A stretch of DNA of 62,835 bases, the filler included, from Octopus bimaculoides (lineage: Eukaryota): assembly GCF_001194135.2 (NCBI RefSeq). It is 7 parts of 5 records of this genome, joined end to end, with 100 filler letters (N's around TTAATTAATTAA, not from the genome) between each part and the next. Parts side by side here need not be neighbours in the genome. Positions count along the whole stretch, not along the records: positions 44,069 to 54,666 come from NC_068985.1; positions 54,767 to 62,835 come from NC_068988.1; 5 more parts are not named here. One strand, given 5' to 3'. The position numbers and the translations under genes were made by a program. The notes under the pieces are model-generated. The model did no database searches, had not been told where the DNA came from, and worked only from the letters and a program-made list of their open reading frames with translations. Below are positions 52,630 through 62,835 of the stretch, piece by piece (within the stretch, counting starts at the first letter, position 1; each line of letters opens with the position of its first letter).

Positions 52630-53779
52630 TATAAAACTATGTATGATGCTAGACTGTTAAAAATAGCAGCTACATGTCCCTTAAACTAGATTTTACTATC
52701 TTAAGAAACAAAGTGGGGCTGGGAAATGTAATCGTTGACGCATTCTCAGGAAATAAAAATGTTGGTCAAGTGTGGAACGCTTTGATCATTAGATTGCTCA
52801 TTTAAAGGTAGCCTATGGCTAAACAGCGATGACAGCAGCCACAACAACAATATACAATAACTACTTCAGGCAAGATATTTAAATAGCTGAACATATAATC
52901 TACGTAGAAATACGTGACACTCACACCAGTCTGCTGTACATTGTACTTGAGCGCTTCTATAGTAACTTATATCTCGAAACGGCAACAATGATATTTCATT
53001 ATGTGAAAAGCAATGCAGTTCTCATTCGAAAGTGCTTAAGATTAGGCATAACAACCTTAAGTAGAAGAGTAACTTGAATATCAGCGTATGAAGTAATGCT
53101 ATTCTAAACGATCTTACTTTGAAGCTTGGAAGTTGTACAAAATCATCAGCAATCGCATTTTATTGTAAACAAACGCGAATACTAAGGTAAAACCAAATGG
53201 TATGAACGGATACAAAAAAAAAAATTAATAAAACGATATAAAATGGCGTTGATTAGACTGAAAGTGTTACATGACAACGGAAATATTTCTAAATGAAACA
53301 GATTTATGCAATGAGAAGCAACTACTGGTAATAAGATAAGTTAGCATTTCATTCAGAAAATCTGGGGGAATCACACACGTGTTTTTGTTTCATTCAGAAA
53401 CACTTCAAGAATGAATTTACTACAATTATTTGCTGGTTTTATTCGAAGACATTATAAAACGTATTCCAGTGCTGTGTTAATCTCCAAGGGAAATCATTAA
53501 ATCCTTGCATAATTCACACGTTTGGCATCGCCTTTTTAAATTTTTTTTGTAGGAAAGCTGTCGTATGTCTACAGGTGTAGCTGTGACTGTGAAGTAAGAA
53601 GATTCCCAATCACATGGTTCCGGGTTCAGTCCCACTGCAGTAAGCAGAGCAAACCAATGCCTTGTGAGTAAGACCTGGAAGACGGAAACTGAAAGAAGCC
53701 CGTCATAGATATATATGTGTGTGTGTGTGTGTGGTGGTCGTCGAGGGTTGGTGTGTATTCTTTTATTCTTTCTTTTATT

Positions 53780-53981
53780 CTTTTATTTGTTTCAGCCATT
53801 TGCGGCCATGCTGGAGCACCGCATTTAGTCGAAGAAAATGATACCAGGACTTATTGTTTTATAAGCCTAGTACTTATTCTATCGGGATCTTTTGACGAAC
53901 AGCTGAGTTACGAGAACGTAAACACACCAACATCGGTTGTCAAGCGATGGTGAGCGGACAAACACACAAACAAATACGTAC

Positions 53982-54027
<46 letters not shown>

Positions 54028-54190
54028 GACGGGTTTCTTTCAGTTTCCGTCTACCAAATCCATTCACAAGGCTTTGGTCGGCCGAGGGCTATAGAAGAAG
54101 GCACTTGCCCAAGGTGCCACGCAGTGGGACAGAACCCGGAACCATGTGGTTGGGAACCAAGCTTCTTACCACACAGCCACTCCTGCGCCT
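53780..54190 (-). mobile_element. SINE family A full copy, with a plus-strand 5' half at ~53570-53730
   Basis: Reverse complement of the family A head, body and tail with internal (TA)n. Confidence 0.85.
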
Positions 54191-54635
54191 ATATGTATAT
54201 ATATATATCAGAATTCATTAATGAATAAATGAATATATTTAATATGTATTGTTACTATTAAGTTAAATGCGGCCGGGACCAATCTTTGGTCGAAACATTT
54301 CTAAGTTCTCTGAGTTATGTATCTTCTCATTGGAATCTAAAATTCTATAGTATGCGTATAACACCAAATGGTAAATAATGCCTGTTGCCAGGGCAACGAA
54401 TGATCAACTTACTCGGAGTTCATTATTTGAAAACGGAATGAGGCATTGAAACAGGGTGTATTCAGATGCAAAATAATTTGATTCCATGCAGAGACAACCG
54501 TAATATTGTATGTTGGAATACGCATCTCACTTACAATCTCGTATAGTTGCACACACAGACACATACACGCACGCATTGGTTTATATACGCTAGCGGAAAA
54601 ACGACTGCTCATCAGGAGTCAATCTTATGAAAAAT

Positions 54636-54666
<31 letters not shown>

Positions 54667-55040
54667 NNNNNNNNNNNNNNNNNNNNNNNNNNNNNNNNNN
54701 NNNNNNNNNNTTAATTAATTAANNNNNNNNNNNNNNNNNNNNNNNNNNNNNNNNNNNNNNNNNNNNTATATATATATATATATATATATATGGATCAAAA
54801 CAGTTTGATTCAAATTTGTTGGTACTCTTGAGTTTCAAGCGCGATGACGACTAGCATTGCGCTTGAAACTCAAGAATACCAACTGTTTTGATCCATACAT
54901 ATAACTCCTAATAAATTGGTTGAGTGCCCTTCTTTCCTTTGTCCACTCACTCGTATATATGTGTTTGTGTGTGAGTGTGTGTGTATTTATATATGTATAC
55001 GTAATTATAATACATACACACATACACACATACACACACA

Positions 55041-55084
<44 letters not shown>

Positions 55085-55159
55085 GAGAGAGAGAGAAAGA
55101 GAGAGAGAAGGAGTGATAAAGTAAGATAAAGTACAACGTACACACGCAGAAACATGCAT

Positions 55160-55209
<50 letters not shown>

Positions 55210-55271
55210 TTACGCAGTAGGAAAATGCTGGAAGGAAACAAGTCAAGTAGAAATCAAGAACAATGCAAATA

Positions 55272-56470
55272 TCAGGTGATCCCATAAATTCTGTCCGATT
55301 TTACCTTTTTTAAAATTGAATGAAATTTAATAGCATTTTAAAATGTCTAATGAATTAAGAATTATTTTCATGCATTTGTGTACATTTAAACTCATTAAAT
55401 ATTATTTTACGGGAGTATCCAAAGAGCATTTGAGGCACATAATGCTTTATGAGTACAAAAAAGGAAACTCTGCAACCGAAGCAACTCGAAACATACACTC
55501 AGTTCATGAGAATGAATGCTTGAATGAAAGAACTTGCAGAAGATGGCTTGCAAAATTCAGAAGTGGAGATTTCAGCCTTGAAGATGAAGATCGGACAGGG
55601 CTTCCAGTTGAGTTTGATGATAAACTCCTTGAGACATTACTTGAAGAAATACCTGCATTATCAGTTGAAAAATTGGCAATAAAGCTTAGTTCAAACCATA
55701 CAAATGTTCATCGTCATTTTCAACAACTTGGAAAGGTTCCTAAACTTGGAAAATGAGTGCCTAATGAATTGGCCGAAAGCAACTGCAAATCCCGAGTTGA
55801 CATCTGCTCTTCTCTCCATTTCGCGAACTCATTTCACCCTTTTTGGATAGACTTGTGACTGACGACGAAAAATGGATCTTCTATCGAAATGTTAAACGTC
55901 GTAAACAGTGGCTTGGTAAAAGGGAAAAAGCTCAACAACAACCGAGAAGGGAATTTATGGGGAAAAGGTTCTTCTCTCTATCTGGTGGGATTGCAAAGGA
56001 GTAATTCACTTTGAATTGTTACCACCTAATGCAACAATCAATGCTCAAGTCTACTGTCAGCAATTAGAGCGTNNNNNNNNNNNNNNNNNNNNNNNNNNNN
56101 NNNNNNNNNNNNNNNNNNNNNNNNNNNNNNNNNNNNNNCAGAAGATCGAAGAGCTTGGTTGGGAAAAGATTCCTCATCCACCTTATCCTCCCGACCTTGC
56201 ACCTTCAGACTACCATTTGTTTCGTAGTTTACAGAATCATTTGGGGGACATAACTTTCGCAAGCCAGGAGGAGGTCGTAACTGACATTTCAAAGTTCTTC
56301 GCATAGAAACCAAAAGAGTTTTACATTGATGGGATTAAAAAGCTTACAAATAGAAGGAAGTCATAGATAATCAGGGTAAGTACATTGATGATTAAATTTC
56401 AATTAGATATAACATTTGATCACTTGTTTTCTTTATTCAAACTTCGGACAGAACTTATGGGATAACCTGA
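55272..56470 (+). mobile_element. Full-length decayed mariner (DD34D, Mos1/Hsmar-like), downstream of the Sushi exon (probably intronic)
   Basis: TIRs tcaggtgatcccataaattctgtccga / tcaggttatcccataagttctgtccga with TA TSD. Transposase remnants: HTH (RRWLAKFRSGDFSLEDEDR), 'K*VPNEL' (WVPHEL), RLVTDDEKW, HPPYPPDLAPSDYHLF; stops and frameshifts present. Confidence 0.93.
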
Positions 56471-57043
56471 TATAATGAATTAATAAACGCGAAAATCTGT
56501 CTGTTCGGGACTCCTGTATCTCTTATTTGCTCTTCATAGACATATAATAGCTTTTTGGTATCAGGATGATCCCGGGATTGAAAATCTACCCTTCATTTGG
56601 TTCTTGAAATCCAGTATTAGGATCTGATTTAAAAGCATTTGAGTTGCTATTTCTAGCAGGTAAAGCTTGGGTGATTCACGTCATCTTAGTTGGTGTATGT
56701 CGGATGATATCAGAGATTAAGGGGGAGATAAATGACATTCTCTTCGTTAATTTTCCTTCGAGATAACTTTGGGACAAATTGGCAAACAGTTGGAATTCAA
56801 TTTGGGATTGGAACAATGATTGCATTACAGAATTAATTCTCATCCGTCCTTAACCTCTAATCCAGCACCGCCGGAGCATAGAGTCATTATAGACGTATTA
56901 TAGTCATGCTATTTAGCTCTCTTTAATTATTGGGTCGCAGGCACAATTAGCCCTCCGCAGGAGCTAGTTTAAAATCTGCACGGAGTGTAGCTTTTAAGCT
57001 AGTAATGAATAAAATAAAGAAAATCTCAAGTCATGTGACTTAC

Positions 57044-57220
57044 GTAAACAGACCGGATTATTTCCTGTCCAATCTCCAGTGTCTTTACAAAACCTCTCGC
57101 TGCTGCCAACTAAAGCGAAACCAGTCTGGCAGAAGAAGTAGACCACTTTCCCAACACTGTAGTCATCACCTTGTTTGAATCCATGCAGGGGAGTGGATAA
57201 CCGTTGACAATGGCTGATAT
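57044..57220 (-). CDS. Internal coding exon: Sushi/CCP/SCR domain of the same astacin gene
   Basis: 177-nt phase 1-1 exon with acceptor atcttctctaatatccacAG and donor GTAAGT. It translates to (N)ISHCQRLSTPLHGFKQGDDYSVGKVVYFFCQTGFALVGSSERFCKDTGDWTGNNPVCL, with four Cys, the conserved Trp and the G/Y/F pattern of a Sushi domain. It is in frame with the astacin exon. Absent from the ORF track because it has no start codon. Confidence 0.92.
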
Positions 57221-57515
57221 CTGTGGATATTAGAGAAGATGAAGAAGGAAAGACATTAGAATCATTGATTGGTTAATTAAGCAATTGATTGAATAATTTA
57301 TTTATTATTAGGTCTGAGATTGTTAGAATCTGCTTACTGCTAATTATAGAAATGATGCAACTGGAAGCTAACTAGGGCATTGGGGGAAAACATCACTGAA
57401 GAATTTTGTTGCTGTTTACCGTAACATAGAAGATCCATGATTGAAGACATTCCAACAGTGAACATCTTGTCTTTTTGTATATTAGCTACTACATTGTTCA
57501 ATGTATCTCCCTGTA

Positions 57516-58384
57516 CGAGGTGGTATCAAAAAGTTCTGTAGCCTGCCAACAGATGGTAGCACACGGTTGCGTGCGCCTCGAGGGCTACCAGTGACATTTA
57601 TGACGCAGTGCGCCGAGTGACATCGCTGTGTTTATTTTGCAAGTTGCAAAATGTGTTTTTGTGATCACGTGTTTGCTGTAGTCTGCGATGTTTGTCATGG
57701 ACAGAAAGCTGGAACAAGGAGCCAACGTTAAATTTTGCGTTAAACTTGGGAGGTCTGCTACAGAGATCTTGAGCATGCTTCAGCAAACTTACGGCGACGA
57801 GGCAATGGGTCGTATGCAATGTTTCGAGGAGCACAGGCGCTTCAAAAGCGGAAGAACGTCCCTCGAAGACGATGAGCGATCTGGAAGACCTACCACGAGC
57901 TTCACCCCCGGAAATGTGGAGAAAATTCATCAGCTTGTGCATGAGGATCGTTGAAGGACAAAAAACGACATTGCTGATGTTGTTGGTCTATCGTATGGAT
58001 CCGTGTAGGCAATCGTAACGTCTGAATTGAACATGCGACGTGTCTCTGCTACGTTTGTGCCTCACCAGCTGACCTCTGAGCGGAAAGAATATCGCGACAA
58101 AGTCTGTCAAGATCTTCGCACCCGCCCTATTCACCAAATTTAGCACTTCTTCCCCAAGATGAAAATGCAGCTCAGATGTCGCTATTTCCACACCGTTATC
58201 TAGATCAAGAGCGAATTGCAGAAGGCCCTCGATTCGCTTACAGAAAATGACTTCCAGTCCGGATTCCAAAAGTTGCAGGAGTGTGCGCGAAGTGACTATT
58301 TCGAAGGATATGACGTTAAAACTTGGTAAATATGTTATTTTTTATTAGACATATCTAGTGCGGGAACTTTTTGATACAACCTCG
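57516..58384 (+). mobile_element. Internally deleted mariner (869 bp) in the astacin-Sushi intron
   Basis: TIRs cgaggtggtatcaaaaagttc / cgaggttgtatcaaaaagttc with TA TSD. The N-terminal HTH ORF (57688-57954) and FVPHQL are present, then the sequence jumps at ~58117 to HPPYSPNLA..FFPKMK. Confidence 0.9.
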
Positions 58385-59489
58385 TATTTATAGTTGAAGC
58401 GAGTTATTTGAGGTAAATATGGTTGTTAGTTCTAATGGTCATAATGGCTCTAAAACGGTAGCATAATACGGCAAGCCACCAAAACAATGGTCAATTGCAG
58501 AGATTTTCCAGTTGTACCCATACCAAGATGCTCCTGTACATCTCGGTAAACTTAGTGCATTGACCGCTCAATATCCCGGTTTTGTTCAGATATAGAGTAA
58601 TATTGTTGATACATTTTGTGAACCTCTTGTGAGTCATTTCTTTAATAGAAGGAACGAGGTTGGTGCCCATATTTCTTTTGCAGGGTCACCGAGACATGTG
58701 ATAAGAGTTATCCCGAAAGGATGAAAGGCAAAGTCAGCCTCGGCGGAATTTGAACTCAGAACGTAGAGATGGACGAAATACTGCTAAGCATCTTGCCCAG
58801 GGTGCCAACGATTCTGCTAGCTCCCTGCCTTAAAATACCTGCACCTATATCAACATCTCTAAAACTTGACCATCAGTGTGTCTTCCTTTCCAGTCAGTTC
58901 AGCACTTATTAGAAATACTAGCATTAGAAGATTCACCTGTGTGTTACCTGAATCAACCTTTGTTTACCTGTGTACACCTGTGTATTATCTGTGCTTGCTT
59001 GTGTATATCTGTGTATTACATGTATATTACTTTACGTGCCTGTGTGCGCTTGTAAATACTTGTGTGTACCTGTGAATTACCTATGCATTACCTATGTATA
59101 TCTGTGTATTATTTGTGTATACTTGAGTATACTTATATATTACCTGTGTCTATATGTTTATACCTGTGTATTATTTGTGTATTACCGGTAGAACACAGAA
59201 GTGTATGACAGAAAATCTATTGAGAGAGAGGAGATAATTATGTTTTCAAGGTTGATCGAATGTTCTATCTCCCAACTTGTGGCGTGTGACAGTGTGCGTG
59301 TGTATGTGAGTGTATATGTGTGTGACAGTATGTGCGTTTGTATGCTTGTATGTCTGTGTATATGCATATAGGTGTGACAGTGTGTGAGTGTGTATGCATG
59401 TATATGTATGTTTGAGTGTATGTCAGTGGGACTGTGGGTATGTTTGTGTGTGTGATAGTGTGTATATATGTATGTTTATATGTATATCT

Positions 59490-59836
59490 TTCTGTTGTAC
59501 ATCATTAAGCTACCCCCTCAACGCGCACCATCAACTTCCATACACATGACACCCCTATATTCCTCCCTATCCTTCTACATCTGTCATCCACATTCCATCC
59601 AGACACCTCACACATCATCTGTACAGATACGTTCAAAATATCCTCCCATTGGGTCACATTTGTCTCTTTCAACAGCAAATATATGCATTGACTGCAAGTA
59701 AACGCTACCGCTCTCTCTCTCTCCTTTTCTCTCTCACTCTCCTTTTCTCTCTCACTCCTTCTCTCTCTCTCTCTCCTTCTCTCTCTCTCTCTCCTTCTCT
59801 CTCTCCTTCTATCTCTCTCTCTCATTCTCTCTCTCT

Positions 59837-59888
<52 letters not shown>

Positions 59889-60570
59889 AGAACTCAACTC
59901 GCTTCCTTAACATCGTTAGAAATGCTAAGCCCCAACATTAGTGAAGATCTTTCCTCACCTCCTCAAAATAACAGAGATTGAAACACAAAGACTAACCTTC
60001 ATCTTTAGAGCCACAAAAAGCTTCAACTCCCGAAACTTCTAAACTCCGATAAAACTATGATCACTGCACTTCACAGATGGCTGATCCTACATCACTTCCA
60101 TTTCGGCGCTCCCAACTCACTCCTCTTTTTTGTGCTCACCACTCACGTTGTCTTAACTCACAATGAAGTACTCTTGCTATATCTGGGATGGTGCTGCTGC
60201 TATACACACAGACATTCTAAATCTATATCCAAAAATGACTAGCCGACTGATTGGCATGAGGTCACATATCAACATACTCCATTTCTGGTCATCAGTTTTG
60301 TTCTGTCTCCTCTACCTATTTTTTTTATACAACTACTATGGTTACTGCACTTCACAGATGGCTGGTCTTACATCACTTCCATTCCGGCACATCCGACTCA
60401 CAAAAAAGCCTCTCACTAACAACTACATCCAGTCCTTCCTCCCCACAACACCGACCCTCTCAAATTTTCCACCACTGTACATATTCCTCTTTCAGTTGCC
60501 CTCTTATAACAATTCCAGAAGAATATTAACCGTATCAACCACACGGATGACAGATAACTATCAAAACCAC
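59490..60570 (+). mobile_element. Degenerate CR1/L2-group LINE 3' portion interrupted by a (CT)n expansion
   Basis: KISSHWVTFVSFNSK, LEMLSPNISEDLS, MKYSCYIWDGAAA..DILN, YNYYGYCTSQMAGL and YIQSFLPTT..L follow the usual order. ~60054-60110 is a displaced duplicate of ~60340-60395. Confidence 0.6.
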
Positions 60571-60764
60571 AAGCACAGGGGCTGCCTCCAGACCAAACTA
60601 ATATAAAAAAACACAAGAATGCTTTGTGCGTGTGTGAGTCTCAGCGTGTGTGTGCGTATGTGCGCGTGCGCGCACAGGTGTGTGTGACTTGTGAGTTTCA
60701 ATGTATACATGCACCTGTGTATGTGTGAATGTATAAGAGAAAGCATAGAGACAACAACACTCAC

Positions 60765-60983
60765 TGCAGTTGTAGAGTTTATTTAATTTATAGATGTCGA
60801 TTTTACTCAAGTGTTTCCGTTGACCAATCTCCGTTGATGTCGGCAATTTCGGAATCATCGTCCATTTACTGCGATCAACTGCAAATGCATTCAGTGCATA
60901 ATGCATAATTGATCCGTAATCATAGGGGGCTCCTAATGTGTCCACCTCATCGAAAGTCATCTTCTGGAAGTTTTGTGTGTGGG
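60765..60983 (-). CDS. Internal coding exon: C-terminal part of an astacin (M12A) zinc-metalloprotease domain
   Basis: 219-nt exon with acceptor ttatctttctattcggtcttctccAG and donor GTGAGT, phase 1 at both ends. It translates to HTQNFQKMTFDEVDTLGAPYDYGSIMHYALNAFAVDRSKWTMIPKLPTSTEIGQRKHLSKIDIYKLNKLYNC, containing the astacin Met-turn (YDYxSIMHY) and terminal GQRxxLSxxDxxxxNxLYxC motifs. The HExxH exon is not visible and must lie in the 61067-62009 gap or beyond the window. Confidence 0.95.
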
Positions 60984-61008
60984 CTGGAGAAGACCGAATA
61001 GAAAGATA

Positions 61009-61066
<58 letters not shown>

Positions 61067-62035
61067 NNNNNNNNNNNNNNNNNNNNNNNNNNNNNNNNNN
61101 NNNNNNNNNNNNNNNNNNNNNNNNNNNNNNNNNNNNNNNNNNNNNNNNNNNNNNNNNNNNNNNNNNNNNNNNNNNNNNNNNNNNNNNNNNNNNNNNNNNN
61201 NNNNNNNNNNNNNNNNNNNNNNNNNNNNNNNNNNNNNNNNNNNNNNNNNNNNNNNNNNNNNNNNNNNNNNNNNNNNNNNNNNNNNNNNNNNNNNNNNNNN
61301 NNNNNNNNNNNNNNNNNNNNNNNNNNNNNNNNNNNNNNNNNNNNNNNNNNNNNNNNNNNNNNNNNNNNNNNNNNNNNNNNNNNNNNNNNNNNNNNNNNNN
61401 NNNNNNNNNNNNNNNNNNNNNNNNNNNNNNNNNNNNNNNNNNNNNNNNNNNNNNNNNNNNNNNNNNNNNNNNNNNNNNNNNNNNNNNNNNNNNNNNNNNN
61501 NNNNNNNNNNNNNNNNNNNNNNNNNNNNNNNNNNNNNNNNNNNNNNNNNNNNNNNNNNNNNNNNNNNNNNNNNNNNNNNNNNNNNNNNNNNNNNNNNNNN
61601 NNNNNNNNNNNNNNNNNNNNNNNNNNNNNNNNNNNNNNNNNNNNNNNNNNNNNNNNNNNNNNNNNNNNNNNNNNNNNNNNNNNNNNNNNNNNNNNNNNNN
61701 NNNNNNNNNNNNNNNNNNNNNNNNNNNNNNNNNNNNNNNNNNNNNNNNNNNNNNNNNNNNNNNNNNNNNNNNNNNNNNNNNNNNNNNNNNNNNNNNNNNN
61801 NNNNNNNNNNNNNNNNNNNNNNNNNNNNNNNNNNNNNNNNNNNNNNNNNNNNNNNNNNNNNNNNNNNNNNNNNNNNNNNNNNNNNNNNNNNNNNNNNNNN
61901 NNNNNNNNNNNNNNNNNNNNNNNNNNNNNNNNNNNNNNNNNNNNNNNNNNNNNNNNNNNNNNNNNNNNNNNNNNNNNNNNNNNNNNNNNNNNNNNNNNNN
62001 NNNNNNNNNATATATATATATATATACATTTACGT

Positions 62036-62076
<41 letters not shown>

Positions 62077-62414
62077 CATTTACATACATACATATATATA
62101 TATATGTATATGTGTATATAAATAAATACGCACTCATAGATAAGCACATAGATACAAAGTAAGATGGAAAAATGGTACTCAAATACCAAAAGTAGGGTAT
62201 AATACTATTTTATTAAAACCGAAAAAAAGAAGTAAAAACGCTATCCAAAGTATTACCCAGAATGTTGGGATAAAATTGAGTAATGAAGAATTTTTATAAA
62301 TATTTGTAAATACACGCACAATTTTCTGAGTAACACGTGTGTGCACTCACACAAAAATACATACTTATATATTCATTCAAACATACATACATACATATAT
62401 TATTTTATTTCCTT

Positions 62415-62820
62415 CAGTCATTTTTGACTGCGACCATGCTGGAGCACTGCCTTAAAGGGTTTTTAGTCGAAGAAATCAGCCCCAGGACTTATTCTTTCTA
62501 AGCCTTGTATCGGTTGCTTATACCGAAGCACAAAGTTACGGGCATGTAAACACATCAACATCGGTTGCCAAGCGATGGAGGGGGAGCAAACACAGACACA
62601 AAGACACACACATACATCAACATACACACACACACATTCGATATATATAAATAGGCGCAGGAGTTGCGGTGTGGTATGTAGCTTGCTTACCAACGACATG
62701 GTTCTGGGTTCAGTCCCACTGCGTAACACCTTGGGCAAGGATTTTCTATTATACCGTCGGTATGGCCAAAGCCTTATGAGTATATTTGGTAGACGAAAAC
62801 AGAAAGACGCCTGTCGTATA
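62415..62820. mobile_element. SINE family A pieces: minus-strand 3' half (~62415-62630) and plus-strand 5' half (~62652-62820)
   Basis: Direct match to the family A tail (reverse complement) and head. Confidence 0.75.
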
Positions 62821-62835
62821 TATATATATATATAT

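Noticed and set aside
60598-62189. Very long ORFs (up to 493 aa) spanning N gaps, including those at 9680-10387, 12750-14243, 23986-24798 and 37127-38338
   Set aside because: They are open only because of N runs and dinucleotide repeats. Only 60765-60983 is real coding sequence.

Overview
AT-rich, microsatellite-saturated eukaryotic DNA with many N gaps. The SINE families and repeat landscape point to a cephalopod, most likely Octopus (inference). Six identical artificial 100-bp spacers (N44-TTAATTAATTAA-N44) split the window into seven blocks whose true adjacency is uncertain. The only well-supported host gene is on the minus strand near the right end: two phase-1/phase-1 exons encode the C-terminal third of an astacin (M12A) metalloprotease domain (Met-turn SIMHY) spliced in frame to a Sushi/CCP domain. 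The rest is mostly decayed transposons. These are a Penelope-like element (RT + GIY-YIG) and pLTR fragments carrying hammerhead-ribozyme motifs, three R4/Dong-type LINE fragments stacked head-to-tail through (TAA)n tails, a Helitron Pif1-type helicase fragment, four Tc1/mariner-superfamily transposase relics plus MITEs, RTE, L1/Tx1 and CR1/L2-group LINE fragments, and three tRNA-head SINE families. No rRNA, genuine tRNA gene or CRISPR array is seen. Most long ORFs in the track are microsatellite or N-gap artefacts.
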